A stretch of DNA of 64,000 nucleotides. Source: Hydrolagus affinis (lineage: Eukaryota). The stretch is from NCBI GenBank assembly GCA_012026655.1, contig JAAILG010000133.1:62001-126000 (forward strand), given 5' to 3'. Shown here piece by piece: positions 27,961 to 40,952 of the stretch (the stretch's first letter is position 1; each line of letters opens with the position of its first letter). Position numbers and translations under genes: made by a program. A model generated the notes under the pieces. It worked only from the letters and a program-made list of their open reading frames with translations, did no database searches and was not told the origin of the DNA.

Positions 27961-28574
27961 GGTTACACTCTGTGGTCAAGTTCTCAGTTGATATAAAATT
28001 TATACAATCATACAAGAGGTTTGGATAAATGGAGAAGTCTCCCATTTGATCTCATCCTTCCACATTCCCAATGATGGCATCTATGGGCTTCTTATTGCTG
28101 GTGCAAACCTTTAAAGGCATTGACTGTTTTTTCACAAAGTGGAATTACAAAGTGCAATGGTAGCTTGATCGGGAAAGCATGAATTCATTGCAACAACAAT
28201 CGTCCTGCTCGATTCCTTATCCCCAGCGCTTGTTTGTGATCCCTGGCCTCCGTGTACTAAATGATAAATGTTATTCTCAGTGCGGATCGAGACTGAATAC
28301 ATTACTGTTTTTTGGCAGCGGTTATGGGGAGTGTTACGTTTGCCTCTCTCAAGGTTCTCTTAGCTTCTGGCTTGGAGCAGGAGCTGGGAGGAGAGCAGGC
28401 AGCAAACCATTTGTTATAAAACCGTATTTCACCATGTGTGGCCATGCAGCCAATTTGAGCTCTCTGAGAGAGACAGATAGCACTCTCTCTTTCTTGGGTT
28501 TCCAGGAATACCATCCACATTCAGTTTAAATATGTGTAATCAGAGTGGAATAAGTCATTACATGTAACAAGAAT

Positions 28575-28797
28575 AAGAATAATCCTTGCATTTGATACAG
28601 TACATTTCACATCTTCTAGACGTCTCAAAGCGCCTCACAGAATATACCGTAAAGTGAATTGACTATATTTGTGAGCGAAATAAGGTAGCCGATTGCGCAC
28701 AGCAGCGTCCCACAAACAGTCGTGGATTGAAATGACCAATTTACTATTGTTTTTTTAAGATTTATTATTAGGCGTGTGGAGTAAGGAAACTTGCCTG
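28575..28797 (-). mobile_element. SINE, 5'-truncated
   Basis: Matches 25312-25635 from the tail to GGAGTAAGGAAACTTGCC; other partial copies at about 32452-32600(-), 33272-33380(-), 36008-36100(-), 37510-37628(+), 38268-38370(-), 50360-50480(+), 51895-52000(+), 62495-62640(+). Confidence 0.85.
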
Positions 28798-30025
28798 AAG
28801 TACTCCTTGTACTCCTTGCTCTGCAGTGTATGTTATGTAGGAGATTCTAATACCATAATAAACCATAATCCCATTCATACCAGTGGCACTGTGTGTGTCT
28901 GTGTGTCTGGGGAATCTGTAGCTCTGTGTGTGTCTGTCTGTGAAGCGGTTACACTGTGTGTGTTTGTGCAGCAATGGCGCTGAGTCTGTGCATGTCCTTT
29001 GAAAGGGAAGATTTATACTGCAGTCACCACAGTGTAACTGTGCTTATTAATAAGGTGAAATTATTCTGATTTAACCTTGCATTAATGTGCCCGTTTGCTT
29101 AATGAGTAGGTTTGCTTCTCATCGGGTGAAGCTAATTTTGCTGTGTCCGACCCATGGATATCAAGTAAAGGCAAAGCTGATCATTATTTTGGCTGTTGTT
29201 TCTTCAGCAAGTTATTGAATAAGTTCAGGTGATAACGCTGTCTGGAGTAGCTGTCTGTCAGGCTAGGCAGGAAATGTAACATTTGCTGCTTCCTGAATGT
29301 TACTAGAATCTATAGTGTTCCGGTATCAATTATTATAGAGCAGCATAAAATGTAAAAAAGATTATGGATTAGTGATTAGCAGCTTTTAAATGAATGCAAT
29401 GAACCATGTAACTCAGTCTGCTCTTATAGCCTCACCCTTTCACAAGCTTCAGCTTTATTATGACACTTTGTCTATTAAGTCTGTGATTTTTTTTGTAGTG
29501 AGTTAACATGCTTCAAGATTCTACAATATCCAGTTTTAAATCTCTACCTGAATGTAATGTACTCTAAAATAAACTTGCTGACATATCCCTCTGTCACATC
29601 TTGGAGAAGCAAACCACTCCCCACCCCAACCACCCCTAACCTCCTCCACAATGTGACTTAATGCTGAGAGACAGAGAAGGAATACATTATATTTCTAATT
29701 TATTATTATCATAATAATCATCTGTGCATTTAATACAGTGCCTTTCATATCAGGATGACAGTTTCAAAGAGTTTCACTGTATTTTATTGTGCAGGGTAGG
29801 GATTGTGTTCTGTAGCTGAACGCGGCAGCCAATTTGCACAGAGATAGCTGTGTCCCACAAACAGCCACAAAGTGAATGAACAATTAAACAAAATGGCTGA
29901 CCTCAAGTCAGGTTGTCGTGCAAGTACAGACGGCTGTTGATATACAGGGCCTCCAGCGAATAAGCCAAACCTCATTGTCAGAGGCTGCCTTATGATGAGA
30001 TTCCACTAGACTGGCCACATTTACA

Positions 30026-30130
30026 CAAACAAAAACCAAACTTGCTGGGAACACTTGGCAGGTCAGGCAGCATCTATGGAGAAAGGAAAATGAGTCAACC
30101 TTTCGGGTGCACGACCCTTAGTCAGAACTG
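30026..30130 (-). mobile_element. Single-arm Penelope-like terminus with degenerate hammerhead core
   Basis: Minus strand CAGTT-CTGACTA-A-GGGT CGTGC ACCC-GAAA-GGTT-GACT...GATGCTGCCTGACCTGC; homologous to the 23.5 and 50.8 kb copies. Confidence 0.7.
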
Positions 30131-30307
30131 ATCTCTCTGATGGTGACGTGTGGACTCCACAGTGTTAGGTGTTGGAATTAGTGAAAGCATTTCAATGTGC
30201 GCTGTGAATGGCTGAGCTGGAACTTTGGTCTTTTCGTGTACAAGTCTCCAACTGGTCCTGAATGGATTTAATGCTTTGAATATATGTAACCAGATACCAG
30301 CAGTAAT

Positions 30308-30868
30308 CAGAGGTGTTTTTAAGACTTCAAACTACTCGGTGCAATTTTCTTAGGGGGCCCGTCAATGGTTATTAGAACTTTCGTGCCTGTGATCCAAGTT
30401 AGAAGCGAGACTCTCTTTATCCGGACCGGTATACAGTATGGTATGCGCTGAATCACTGCACTATTAAAGTCACACAACATAAACATTATGGCCGCGCCTT
30501 ATGCTTACTTTGTGGTCAAGTTATATCTGCTAACAAATGAGCATATTTCTTTTGTAAGTGAGTCAAAATTTTATTTTGTGCAAAAATTAACTTTGGGGCA
30601 GGTGCAATGCCTCTTTAGGCGGATGGACTGCCTTCTCCGCCGGGCTGGGGAGAGAGCTCTGGTTTAGCTGGGCTGATGGAGGTATAAAGGGAATATAAAA
30701 TGAAATACTCTGGGGAGAGCTCTGGTTTTCGCTATATTTAACAAAAGACAAGAGCACAGCACATTCAAAGCCTCCCACCGATGATTTTTTGCAATACTTT
30801 GGGGGCCCGCAATACGAGGGGCCCGTCGATGCATTGCGTCGATTGCACCAACGTTAAAAACGCCTCTG
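30308..30868. mobile_element. Non-autonomous hAT DNA transposon (MITE), 561 bp
   Basis: 15-bp TIRs CAGAGG(T/C)GTTTTTAA (14/15); 8-bp TSD GCAGTAAT (30300-30307) / CCAGTAAT (30869-30876); subterminal GGGGCCC motifs at both ends. Confidence 0.85.
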
Positions 30869-33800
30869 CCAGTAATTACTTGATTCAATCAAATCTAAGT
30901 GCAGACATCTAAGAAATACAGTTCCACCTATGATTCCCCAGATAGTTGGCTTGAAAGCTGTGAGCTGAGCTTTTAACTGTGCCCCTCAGAACTCCAGCAT
31001 AAGTTAATTTTTTCAGAGCTGCCTTCAGCACAAACACAGCCAGAATTAATTATCTTCCAAATCTTCAAGCAATCTACAAAGCAAGGAGGGTTCTGTGGTT
31101 TGGTAACCAAGAGAGATTTAAGCAATTTTTCTGTAATTGAGTCAAATTTATACAAATATTTTGTTGCAACCCTGTTTAATGATTAGAATGAAATGAAAGA
31201 GAAATGTATCAAAATGGTTCATAATTGAATTTGGTATTGTGTTTATCGTGGGCCTCACTTCACTTTAAACCTGTATAGTGTAGGAGTATTCTATAACATT
31301 TAGCAGTAGAATTCTGATAGATTGATTTAGCAGAATTTACTAATACAGTAATGTTTAATTATTATTTAATGGTTTAAAGTGCTCACCTTGTAAAACCCAG
31401 CATATTTAATAGCATTTTAAAATCATTGCAGTTGTTAATAATTTACACAATGCTTGGGAATTCTTTAATATTTATTTTAATGTTTGATTATTTTTAAGAT
31501 CGCACCTTGGAGAGTGAAAACTTATTTAATTTCCTTTGTCTTTAGGGGAAGATCTACTGACCAATACAGTGCCAAATCTTTTAATCCCCAAATCCCTTTA
31601 TACCTCTACCAGCCAAAAGATCTGCCAAGATCTAACACACTGGTGGACACTATATAAATGCAAGTTGTTATTGTTATTCATATCTTTGAACAAACACAGC
31701 TACTGCTCAGTTGTGTTTCCTTGCTTAATGTGTTGCCTTCTGAAGTTGGCATTAGCAGCTGCAGGCAGTTGATAGACAGAGTCTGCCTACCGTGACCTGT
31801 GAATGTCTAATGGAACAATTTATGTACCAGTCTTGCATGTGATCCCTGAGCGCAAGATAAATTAATAAGATTGAAGACTTACTGCTAACGCGGTGTCTCT
31901 GCTTATTAATTCACTTTAGGCATATGTAGTTTATTTGGTGCTGAATTGATGTTTTTTCAATGGATATTTGAAGGACAGTAACTGTATAGAAATTTCGCCA
32001 GGTAGAGCAATCAAATACCATCAGTTATTTTACTGGGGGCCAGGGAAAAGCGTAAAAACCAAAAGGGAATCCGTCATTAGCCATTAAAGTGCTGCACAGC
32101 ATTCTCCCATTGGGGGCAGTGGCTGCTCCCATATTCGATGCAGGAAAAATTGATCTGAGTCACGCGTGGGACATTGTAGTGACTTGTCAATCAGCTGAAA
32201 TTTTTTTTACAGCCAATCTGAGGCCAGGGGTTGTAGAGCAACCTTGAATGCAAGGCAACTCTGTTTGTGAATCTTCTTTAAACTGCTTCACATTCCTTGT
32301 AAATAGATGTGAGGACCGACTATTAGTTTCTCTGCCATCCACCCGTTCAATGACAAAGGTGAACTTATGTAATGGACATCTTTAACACCCTTGTTTTGGG
32401 AACCAAAGAACCAATGTATATGCTAGGAGGAATAACATGACCACAGATATTAATAATAATAATAATCCTTGTGTTTGATATGGCGCTTTTCACGTTTTCT
32501 AAACATCTCAAAGCGCTTCGCAGAATATACTATAAAGCCAATTGACTGTATGTTTGTGGGAGAAATGCAGCAACCAATTGAACACAGCAGTGTCAAGATC
32601 ACTTGGTGGAATTTATTTTTCACATTTGCTCAAATTATTACTAAGAAACAGCTTGTGAGTGTTAAAGTTGATGAGCTTCTAAGAACCCCAAGTTAACTTG
32701 TGGCTAGCACAGTCTGTCTGAGCCAGCGAGAATAGTTTATTAATGTGGTCCCTGATTAGTGAAGCAGCCATATGCAAAGTGCGGTGTATCAGAGAGTGCG
32801 AGAACAAGGGAATACATGACAAATAATCTACACAAAGCAACTGTATATTCTGAAGGTACAGCAAGAGGAAATGGGCTGGTGCTCTGAGGAGATGGTCCGT
32901 TCCAAGAGGAACTCGGAGTTGAGTTCAGGGTAGTTTAGCACCAACTGACATACACAGTTTAAGTCTTCACTTTCCCATTTCACAGGCAATTAGAGGAGAG
33001 GTGAAATATGTTACAAACCACTTTGAAGCCCATGCGATCAAAGCTCTTGACCTTTCTGAATGCCATTTCCTCTTTGGCTGATGATTTGGAACTCTCAGCC
33101 AGTTGGAGTGAACCTTCGGGTGACTCCTCATTCCCCACAATGTACACACACGTAATCCAAATCCTATTTAAGTCGCAGCTCAAGTCCCCTGTCAACCAGC
33201 ATCACAGCAAAGATATACAGAGAGACGTTGCCTTCGACTAAAACAAAAACAAATCCATTCTCACACAATCGTAATAATAACACTTACGTTTGACACAGCA
33301 GCTTATCACAGCTTTGAGATGTCTCAAAGCACTTCACAGAATATATTGTAAAGCGAATTGACTATTTATTTTGTGGGAGGAACACAATAACATCATAACA
33401 TTCAGCTCACAGTTCCTCTCTTTACAGTCTCAACTCCTAGACCCACATCGACCCTCTATACTGAGCCTCATCAGCACATCAAGGTCCTTTGAGAAACAGA
33501 AGCCTGCAGAAGGAATTCCAGCTTTGATCACCGTAAGTATTTCTGTTCACTGGTCTTGGCCTTTGAGTGTAATTCAATTGTTCGGATGATGTCAGTAATG
33601 ACCCTGGCCTTAGTGGTCATGCTTTCTTGAGTGTGACTTTACTCAGTCTCTGTGGCTGGGGTGACGTTTAGAGTGTGAAGGAGATCACTGAGCAGGAATC
33701 TAATGGCTTTTGGTACTGGCCAGTGTGGCCGAGTTTATAAAGGAATGAACATTCCAGTATTTGGGATTTAAGTGACATTGTATAGTACTTTGTAGTGAAT

Positions 33801-34371
33801 GTTGGCTTTGTTTGATTCCATTACTGTTAGTTGCTTTCTATACCAAATGACTGTTATTTAGAAGATCACGCAACCTCTTACTCTTTTTTAAACTGGAACC
33901 TGTATATTATTAGTGATTGTGAATGACTTGGTTAATTTCTGATCTTGTGTATATGAAGCCATTGCGAAAGATCCGCAGAATTTGAAAGAGGGCAGAATTG
34001 AAAAGTCCTGAAAGTTCCCCCTCTCGCTACCTTTAGAACATGTTTTCTAATAACTCAAAGCAATGAAAGTCTTTCTTGCAGCAGCATCCTTTAATTTACA
34101 ATAGATTATTTCTGATGTATGACTTACAGTCTTCTGTTCAAATATATTAAATCAAACATGCTAAAGGGACAGGCTTGAAGTTGTAGGTGAAAAAAGGCAC
34201 ATCATAATTTCTCAGCTAATTCCGTGCATCTGTCAGAAATGTTCAAATGAAACAGTGGGCCACTGTCCTTCAGTGGGAACCACTGAATGGTGGTTTGGTC
34301 TTGTGTCAAAATGGCAAGTGGAGAAGATATACAAAGGTACCGTGGGTTCTGGTCCATCGCGTCACCTGCTG

Positions 34372-34518
34372 TCAATGCTTGACGTGTTTTATCCAGTTTC
34401 TTATTACCCACTTTTGACCAGAACATTTCTGCATGGCAAGTCTCAGGCCAAAGTTTGCATCTTTCCACATCTCTACTTCCAAGCAGCGGCCAGTATCTCT
34501 GTTGATAATTGGTCCATT
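34372..34518 (-). CDS. GALNT9: GALNT9 last coding exon (147 nt incl. TGA), ricin-B lectin gamma repeat
   Basis: ctttctgttatag|AAT GGA CCA...AAG CAT TGA; NGPIINRDTGRCLEVEMWKDANFGLRLAMQKCSGQKWVIRNWIKHVKH*. Confidence 0.95.
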   Translation of the reverse strand, partial: NGPIINRDTGRCLEVEMWKDANFGLRLAMQKCSGQKWVIRNWIKHVKH

Positions 34519-34842
34519 CTATAACAGAAAGCACAGCAAGGCATGGACATCGTTCCCTTCAAGCTTGTTGTGTACTGGGGATGATGGGATCAGGGCAATG
34601 TGGTGCTGGTGAAAATACCAATGCTGGAGAATAAATGGGACATGCTTTTACTAACGCAAAAAAGCTTGCATTTAATACAGTGACTTTCACGTTTAATGGG
34701 TAGAAAGCATCTCAAGTACATCCCAGGATATGCTGTAAAGTGTTATGTTGATAGTCACTGGCCCCTACCCCCATTTGCCCAGTGACCAACCCCACCACTG
34801 TGAAGTACCCACACCCGCTATGAAAGATGTTGTATGTGGTAC

Positions 34843-35010
34843 CTGTGTAAAATCCCACAGCTTCTGCTTGAGTCTTGAAACCTCTTCACATTTCCTGAGA
34901 TTTGGGGGTTTACTCCGTCCATCATCTATGAGACAGTTGGTGTCGGGTAGGAAGGTGATTGAGCCGAGCGCCCCCAGCTGCAGTAGCCCTTCAGTGGTGT
35001 AACGTACCAG
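34843..35010 (-). CDS. GALNT9: GALNT9 coding exon (168 nt, exon 10 equivalent), ricin-B lectin beta repeat
   Basis: tgttttccag|CTG GTA CGT...ACA CAG|gtacca; LVRYTTEGLLQLGALGSITFLPDTNCLIDDGRSKPPNLRKCEEVSRLKQKLWDFTQ; translated by hand. Confidence 0.95.
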
Positions 35011-36099
35011 CTGGAAAACATCCTTCTTTCAATGTCCCTGAGTCTCAGCAAACCTCAATAACCCTAACCCACAACAAACATGTCAGTGTTGTTCTAGAAC
35101 ATCTTCCCTGCAATGCAGGTTCTTTAAAAGCCAACCTTTTAATTTCTGAGAATTTTGTGTTTCAGTGAATAACAGTGAGATTTTATTACAAGTCCCAGTT
35201 TATTACGATGTCTGAAATTACGGCCTACTCTCAACCTGTGAGAATGTCTGGTCCCAAGATTTAAGGGCCGTACAGTATTTGGCAAATTAAATCTGAACTT
35301 AGTTCGGAAACGGTTTTTTCGCAGTTTGGTTAAAAAAGAATTTGGCCTCTGGATTGATACATTATTAAGGAATTTGCCATAATTCTGTCCCACATTAGAG
35401 TTTAAGACAAAGTGGCTCCACGGGTTAAGACAAGTGCGGCAGAGTTTTCTCGGTTGATTACTTTGGTGTTTCCCAAAGCCGCTAGATGGACTTGTGAGTC
35501 ACGATCTGATATTTCCTCGTGAGCAGCCTCAATGAATGCATCAATTAGCACATTGATTAATGCATCAAGTCCGGTTGTGATGTTACCTCATAGACATAAA
35601 CTGCCTGACATTGGAGCTGTATTGACTGAGGATTTGGGCAGGGATCCCAGAACAAGTCAGATACACCAATATCTCCAAACATCTGAGCTGCCAGCTAGTG
35701 ACAAAGCCTGGCTGCCCTGGCTCCCCATCACTCTGTTTCAATATAAATAATACACCAATGACCAGGAACGTGAAGCTAAATGTATTACTTTGAAAGGCAG
35801 CCATTTTGCTTTTAGATCATTGCCAAATATTTGTTGTGTAATAAATAACACAGATAAAGGAGTTGAAGTGCAACTTCAACAATTTTGCATCTTGCAGCCA
35901 GAGAAACTGAATGTTCCGGAGTCAATCTGACTTTCAGTCACCTTCTTACACAAAGAAAATACATAATGTTGAAAATATTCTGTTTAGCGTATTTATAATA
36001 GTGATCCAATAATCCTTGCATTTGATATAGCAAATTATCACATCTCAAAGTGCTTCACAGGAATTACTGTAAAGTGTAGTGACTGGAATTGTAGGCAAA

Positions 36100-36712
36100 C
36101 ACAGGGTGGGGAGGAAGGAGGGTGACCAAAGGCATAGTCAAAGAGGAAGGTCTTGAGACTGGTCTTAAATGAGGCAAGGAGGCTCGCCAATGGTGGGACA
36201 AGCTTGGTGGGGAAAATGAAGCAGGCCAAAGTCTGCTAGGCAAAGGGAAAGGGCAGGTTGCTAGGTGTTTAGAAAGTCGCAGCAGTAGGGAGGAGCAAGG
36301 CCATGGCAGGCTTTGAATGTGAGGACCAGGATCTTGAACTGTATATTGAATGTGCGCAGGAGAGTTTCAGCAGCCTGCGGAGTGAGACAGTGGCGGAGCC
36401 GCCCAGTGTTGTGGAGGTGGGGGATGGCAGAGCAGGTCATGGCATGGATGTGGGGTAGAAAGGATAGTAGAGGGTCAAACAAGACACCAAGGTTCCGCAC
36501 TGGCGCAGAGAGGTGGAGTGTGTATCCTCGGATAGTGGTGTGATCAGCGCCTGAGGTGTGGAGGCGCTGACGCGTGCCAATCAGAATGTATCGGTCTTGT
36601 TGATGTTCAACTGAAGAAAGTTATCTCTCATCCACGACTTGATGTCTGACAGACATTCTGTCAGGACAGTAGTGGTCCTGGAGTTAAGGGTGGAGGCAGT
36701 GATAGAGTAACG
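36100..36712 (-). mobile_element. L2 LINE ORF2 fragment with internal deletions
   Basis: LTECLSDIKSWMRDNFLQLNINKT, RNLGVLFDPLLSF, IQFKILVLTFKACHGLAPPY, FKTSLKTFLF: typical L2 RT C-terminal motifs. Confidence 0.9.
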
Positions 36713-39700
36713 ATGTATGTGCCAGTCTCTCAGGGTCTCTGAGACATGAGGATCCTCAGTTGTTAGCATTAAACTTTGGTCATTACTCTTTTATGGTGCT
36801 TCTGTTTGTTGTTTTGAAGAGCAATTTCTGTCAGTGGGATGCATGGATCCCAACTATCTGGCTTTAGGGTTTCTATAAAAAGGCCATGTGTAGTACAACG
36901 GATCAGGAGAGGCCGAGAGAGCAGGAGGGAGAGGGGCAAGGAAAGACATTTGCCTCAAAGTATCACTTCCTCAGGAGTGAACTGAAATGATGAGATTCAT
37001 TGGAGGAAATCCTCATGTATGCTTGAAGCAAATGAAAACTGTAATCTCCTGGTCGGAGGCTGATAGAAATTCTCCTCGGGAATTATTCATAAGAAAATGT
37101 AATTAATCAAAATAACACAAACTTGTCTTTATCGAGATTTGCATGCCAACACATTATGCAATTGGCACAGTTTAATATGAATACCAGCTCCCAGTATAGA
37201 ACAGTGTTTAGACATTTAATTATATGAGCCTAAGGGTGTGTACTATCTATCTGGAAAGTGGAGGAAAAAAATTATCCGAATCCCATTAATCAACAGTGTG
37301 ACCACTAATGTCAGATTGAGAGATTTCCCAGAGTAGAGGATGGTGGGGGGCAATTAAAATCTCAATCGTTCCACTCCCGTCTTTTGAATTGCACTTGGAT
37401 AAGATGCCTTTACCACCACAACAACAACAACAGCTTCCATTGATATAGCACCCTCCACGCCTCGGAGCACTTGAGATAAACTAACATTAAATACACGGGG
37501 AAAGGGCGAGTAGCTTCTTCCACAAAATATAGTCAATTCATTTGACAGTATATTCTGTGAAGCACTTTGAGACATCTTGAAGACATGATAAGGCGTTATA
37601 TCAAATGTAAGGATTATTTTTATTATTATTGCTGGTGGGAATGGACAGCTCCAGTGGTGGAGCTAGCACCAATACACGTCTGATGTGCTGAACAGCTTCC
37701 TTCTGTACTGTGAACTCGAGGGCCTCTAAAACATGGCCTATAGTCCAGCCCAAAGCAATGTCTTGGGATTATTGCTCCAAACGCAACCTGAGCATTAGAG
37801 GCAAATAGTTCTGGGGAAAGGAACAACGAGCAGCAACCTGAATTAAAGCCCTAAATCTGACTAACAAGACACAACAAGAGTTTGTGTTCTCTGAACTACA
37901 GTTAGGCTCTGCCAGAGTGAGTATCAAGAGAGCTCCGATTTTTAGTGTTGTGTTATTAAATTACATGTTAAGTGAAGTACTGTAAAGCATAGGAATCTTT
38001 TTCACTGTTCGCTTGTGTTTCACTCAATCCTGCTCAACGGCACATCCCTTCAGGGCACCTTTGTTTGAGTGTGCAGCACAATTGCAGCCATTGGAAATTG
38101 AGATCTCCACTTTTGTTTGTTTTTATTCAAATGCAACGTTCTGGAGAGTGATGAATCTGCAGCAAATATTCTCTGTGTTAGGAACCAGGTTCTCACTCAG
38201 TTTCTTTACACAAAAGAGGTTCACGGTATTGAGTATTTTCTGTTCAGCCCAGTTATAGAACAGTGATATAATAATCTTTGCATTTGATACAGTGCCTTAT
38301 TGTATCAAAAATCTCAAAGCCCTTCCCAGTAATTGCTGTAAAAGTGTAGTGACTGTCTATTTTATAGGTGACGGAAGTCCACTTGAACAGACCAATATGA
38401 CAATGCGCTTTTCAGACGTCTCCTGACGTGAAAGGCTCTGTTGTTGTTCTCTCACGAGGCGGTGAGTGGTTTGGAGGCTGATCTTTGGGCACTGATCACT
38501 GAGAGAGTTTGTGATGGTGGCGGTGGCCGGGAGGTAATCTCACTGGTTTCAATAATTTAGAGTCGAGGCAGTGCTGCTGGGTGACATGGCCTGTCAATAA
38601 TTTACTGACTTTCTTTGTAAAGATTAAATAGGAAATCCCTTACGTCAGGCACTCATTTCAGAGTTAAATCTTACTGTGCACCTGAGCACAGTGCTGTTTC
38701 CTTCATTTGCCAAACCTGGGACCTACCTCAAAACCTCAACTGTAAATCAGGTTTGCTTTTCCCAACTGCTCTTATAAGAACCATCCTCACACTCTATACA
38801 GAGCCTGCAGCATCTCAAAGCTCTTCCAAGACGACTGCTGTGAACAACCTTGCCGAGTTTCCATATGGCCTTTGGAGTTGAAATATGACATGGAAAGCAC
38901 AATAGGAACAAGGAGTTATAGGAAAGCTGCTCCAGAGATACACCAGTAAAGGTCAGATTCACCTCATTATGTAGCATACACATGTACCTGCCCACCGTGT
39001 GAACAAAGACAAGTTGCTATTGGCGGCTCTGGGCAATGCTGCAGATGATCCCAGGGGGCAAGTGGGCCAGCAGCTGTTATTAAAAGCTACAACATTCACC
39101 TGACACTTTTTGTTTGATATGAATTGGAAATACTTACTTTGATATCTTGTAGGATTTGTATGAAGCCTCAGAAACTCTACTGGGGTTTTGTGCTCTGCGT
39201 TTGATGAGGTGAAATCAATATTTTCCTGTTTGACTTTCCTTTCGCTGAAAGCAAGAGCATGCCTTGCTATATATTATATTAATATTATTTACGACTCAGT
39301 GTGATGGCCCCCAATCAACCTGTCAATCACACTGTCACAGTGGGACAGCGCAGGCAGATTGCGATTCACAGTCTCAGGCTGATGTTACTGAACGTGAGTG
39401 GTGAGGGGGGCACAAACTGGATCAGACTTTAAACCTGTGCCTGTTTGTCGTGGCCTAGAAATGGCAGAGGTCACTGCGAGGGATTGAGCAGCACAAAACA
39501 TTGACAAACAGAATATCATGACTGGGATGGGGAGAGGCCACACACGGGAGAACTCTAATTGAAAGCTTACACAAGCTTAACTGCAGGATCATGAATTTCC
39601 CGGTCCGTCCCTCACACAGTCAAGGCAATTGCAACGTTCCGCTGTGTGACTGTGTGCAGTAACGTGGATTTGAAATCACAAGATTGCAATAGGACATAGG

Positions 39701-40856
39701 AGGCTGTTTCTCCTCTCCAACATACACATGGCTCATATACTCCACCCTCACTGCCTGCTGCATCCCTCAATAGTTTGACTCCCTGAGTATCTATCCAAAG
39801 TAATCATCTGGTTTGAATTGATGGCTTTTAGCCCCTTTACTGAGTACTGTATCTGGTTGAGGGTGAAGCCTGTAGATTATACCGTCCAAAGATCTGATAA
39901 CTTGTATTTCATGAGCCTGTAAACAGAGTCTGTAGATAACCAGTTCAGTGAAGACAGAAATGGATATCTCAGACTGTCCGGTGCTGAGAGACAAGGCTGA
40001 TTTTCAGTGTCCAGCAAATCTCTAGTAGCTTTTCAGGGATTCAGTGAATCGCTGACCTCAGCAAAGGATTTATTTTGACTTCCTACAAGTTGTTTTGTCT
40101 CTTGTAACAACCAGGTACCACACAAGCAAAGCCCTGGTGGTGAGGAAACTAGAGCAGTCAAAGTAGAAAAATACAGTGGATTGAATAAATACTGTACAGA
40201 TTTCTGAGGCTACAAAGAAGGGGAATGCAATGAGATAGACAGTTTGCATGACTGCAGACTTCCATCAGGATTTGTTACTCCAAAAACAATGAAATCATCT
40301 GTAAAAGAGGAGAACCTGACTATGCACTCTCTGTTTGATGTCTACTCCCCAAACTAACAGGCCTCTGTCACCCAAAGAGGTACCGAGGGCCTTGATGGCA
40401 GCTCTGAGATTTGTTTGTCGATGTGTATTATCACAGCAACGGTATTGAAGCAAACATCAAGCTTCCTCCTTCAATGCAAAGTTTTCCTCTTTTCATTTTA
40501 TATTCTCTTTGAGGTCGCCTCACCCCCCCCACTTCCCATCGTTCCTTATTCTCTGTGGCAAATACAGATGTGCAGACTTTCCCTGGGCCACAAGCTGGTT
40601 AGTCTGACCGTAGTGATAAGGGACCAGTTTCTCTTTGGGATTTAGACTGTGTACGACAGTTTGAGAAGCTCGCAGGTGACTACAGTAATTTGTAAAGTAG
40701 ACACATGCACATCCAAGGAGGCCTGTTCCTTATCAAGTGGTCTCTGACCACCCACAATCTATAAAGGGAAACCCAGGCTGGTACTTGTTGCTCCTTTTGG
40801 GCTTGATGAGAGGGAAAGTTTAAGTGACAGATTGTCTGGCAGAGTGTCAGGCCTAC

Positions 40857-40952
40857 CTGCGATGTCATTCCATGACATGGGTACAGAATCGCTTTGTCGT
40901 CTTCCTCAGCGCCTTGGTCCAAACAGTATCCACTGGCCTTGTTGTTCCTCAC
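40857..40952 (-). CDS. GALNT9: GALNT9 coding exon (96 nt, exon 9 equivalent), ricin-B lectin alpha repeat
   Basis: tttgtcccacag|GTG AGG AAC...TCG CAG|gtaggc; VRNNKASGYCLDQGAEEDDKAILYPCHGMTSQ. Confidence 0.96.

Noticed and set aside
32980-33195. Charged ORF (GNEESPEGSLQLAESSKSSAKEEMAFRK) as an extra exon
   Set aside because: No recognisable homology or convincing splice sites; it lies beyond the GALNT9 stop codon
1-34000. Exons of a neighbouring gene such as NOC4L
   Set aside because: No matching peptide seen in the ORF track or by eye; short exons could have been missed
31400-34100. GALNT9 poly(A) signal
   Set aside because: Several minus-strand candidates (ATTAAA at 34090-34095; AATAAA at 32736-32741 and 31930-31935) cannot be ranked without transcript data
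34202-34534. 110-aa minus-strand ORF
   Set aside because: Wrong frame overlapping the true last GALNT9 exon
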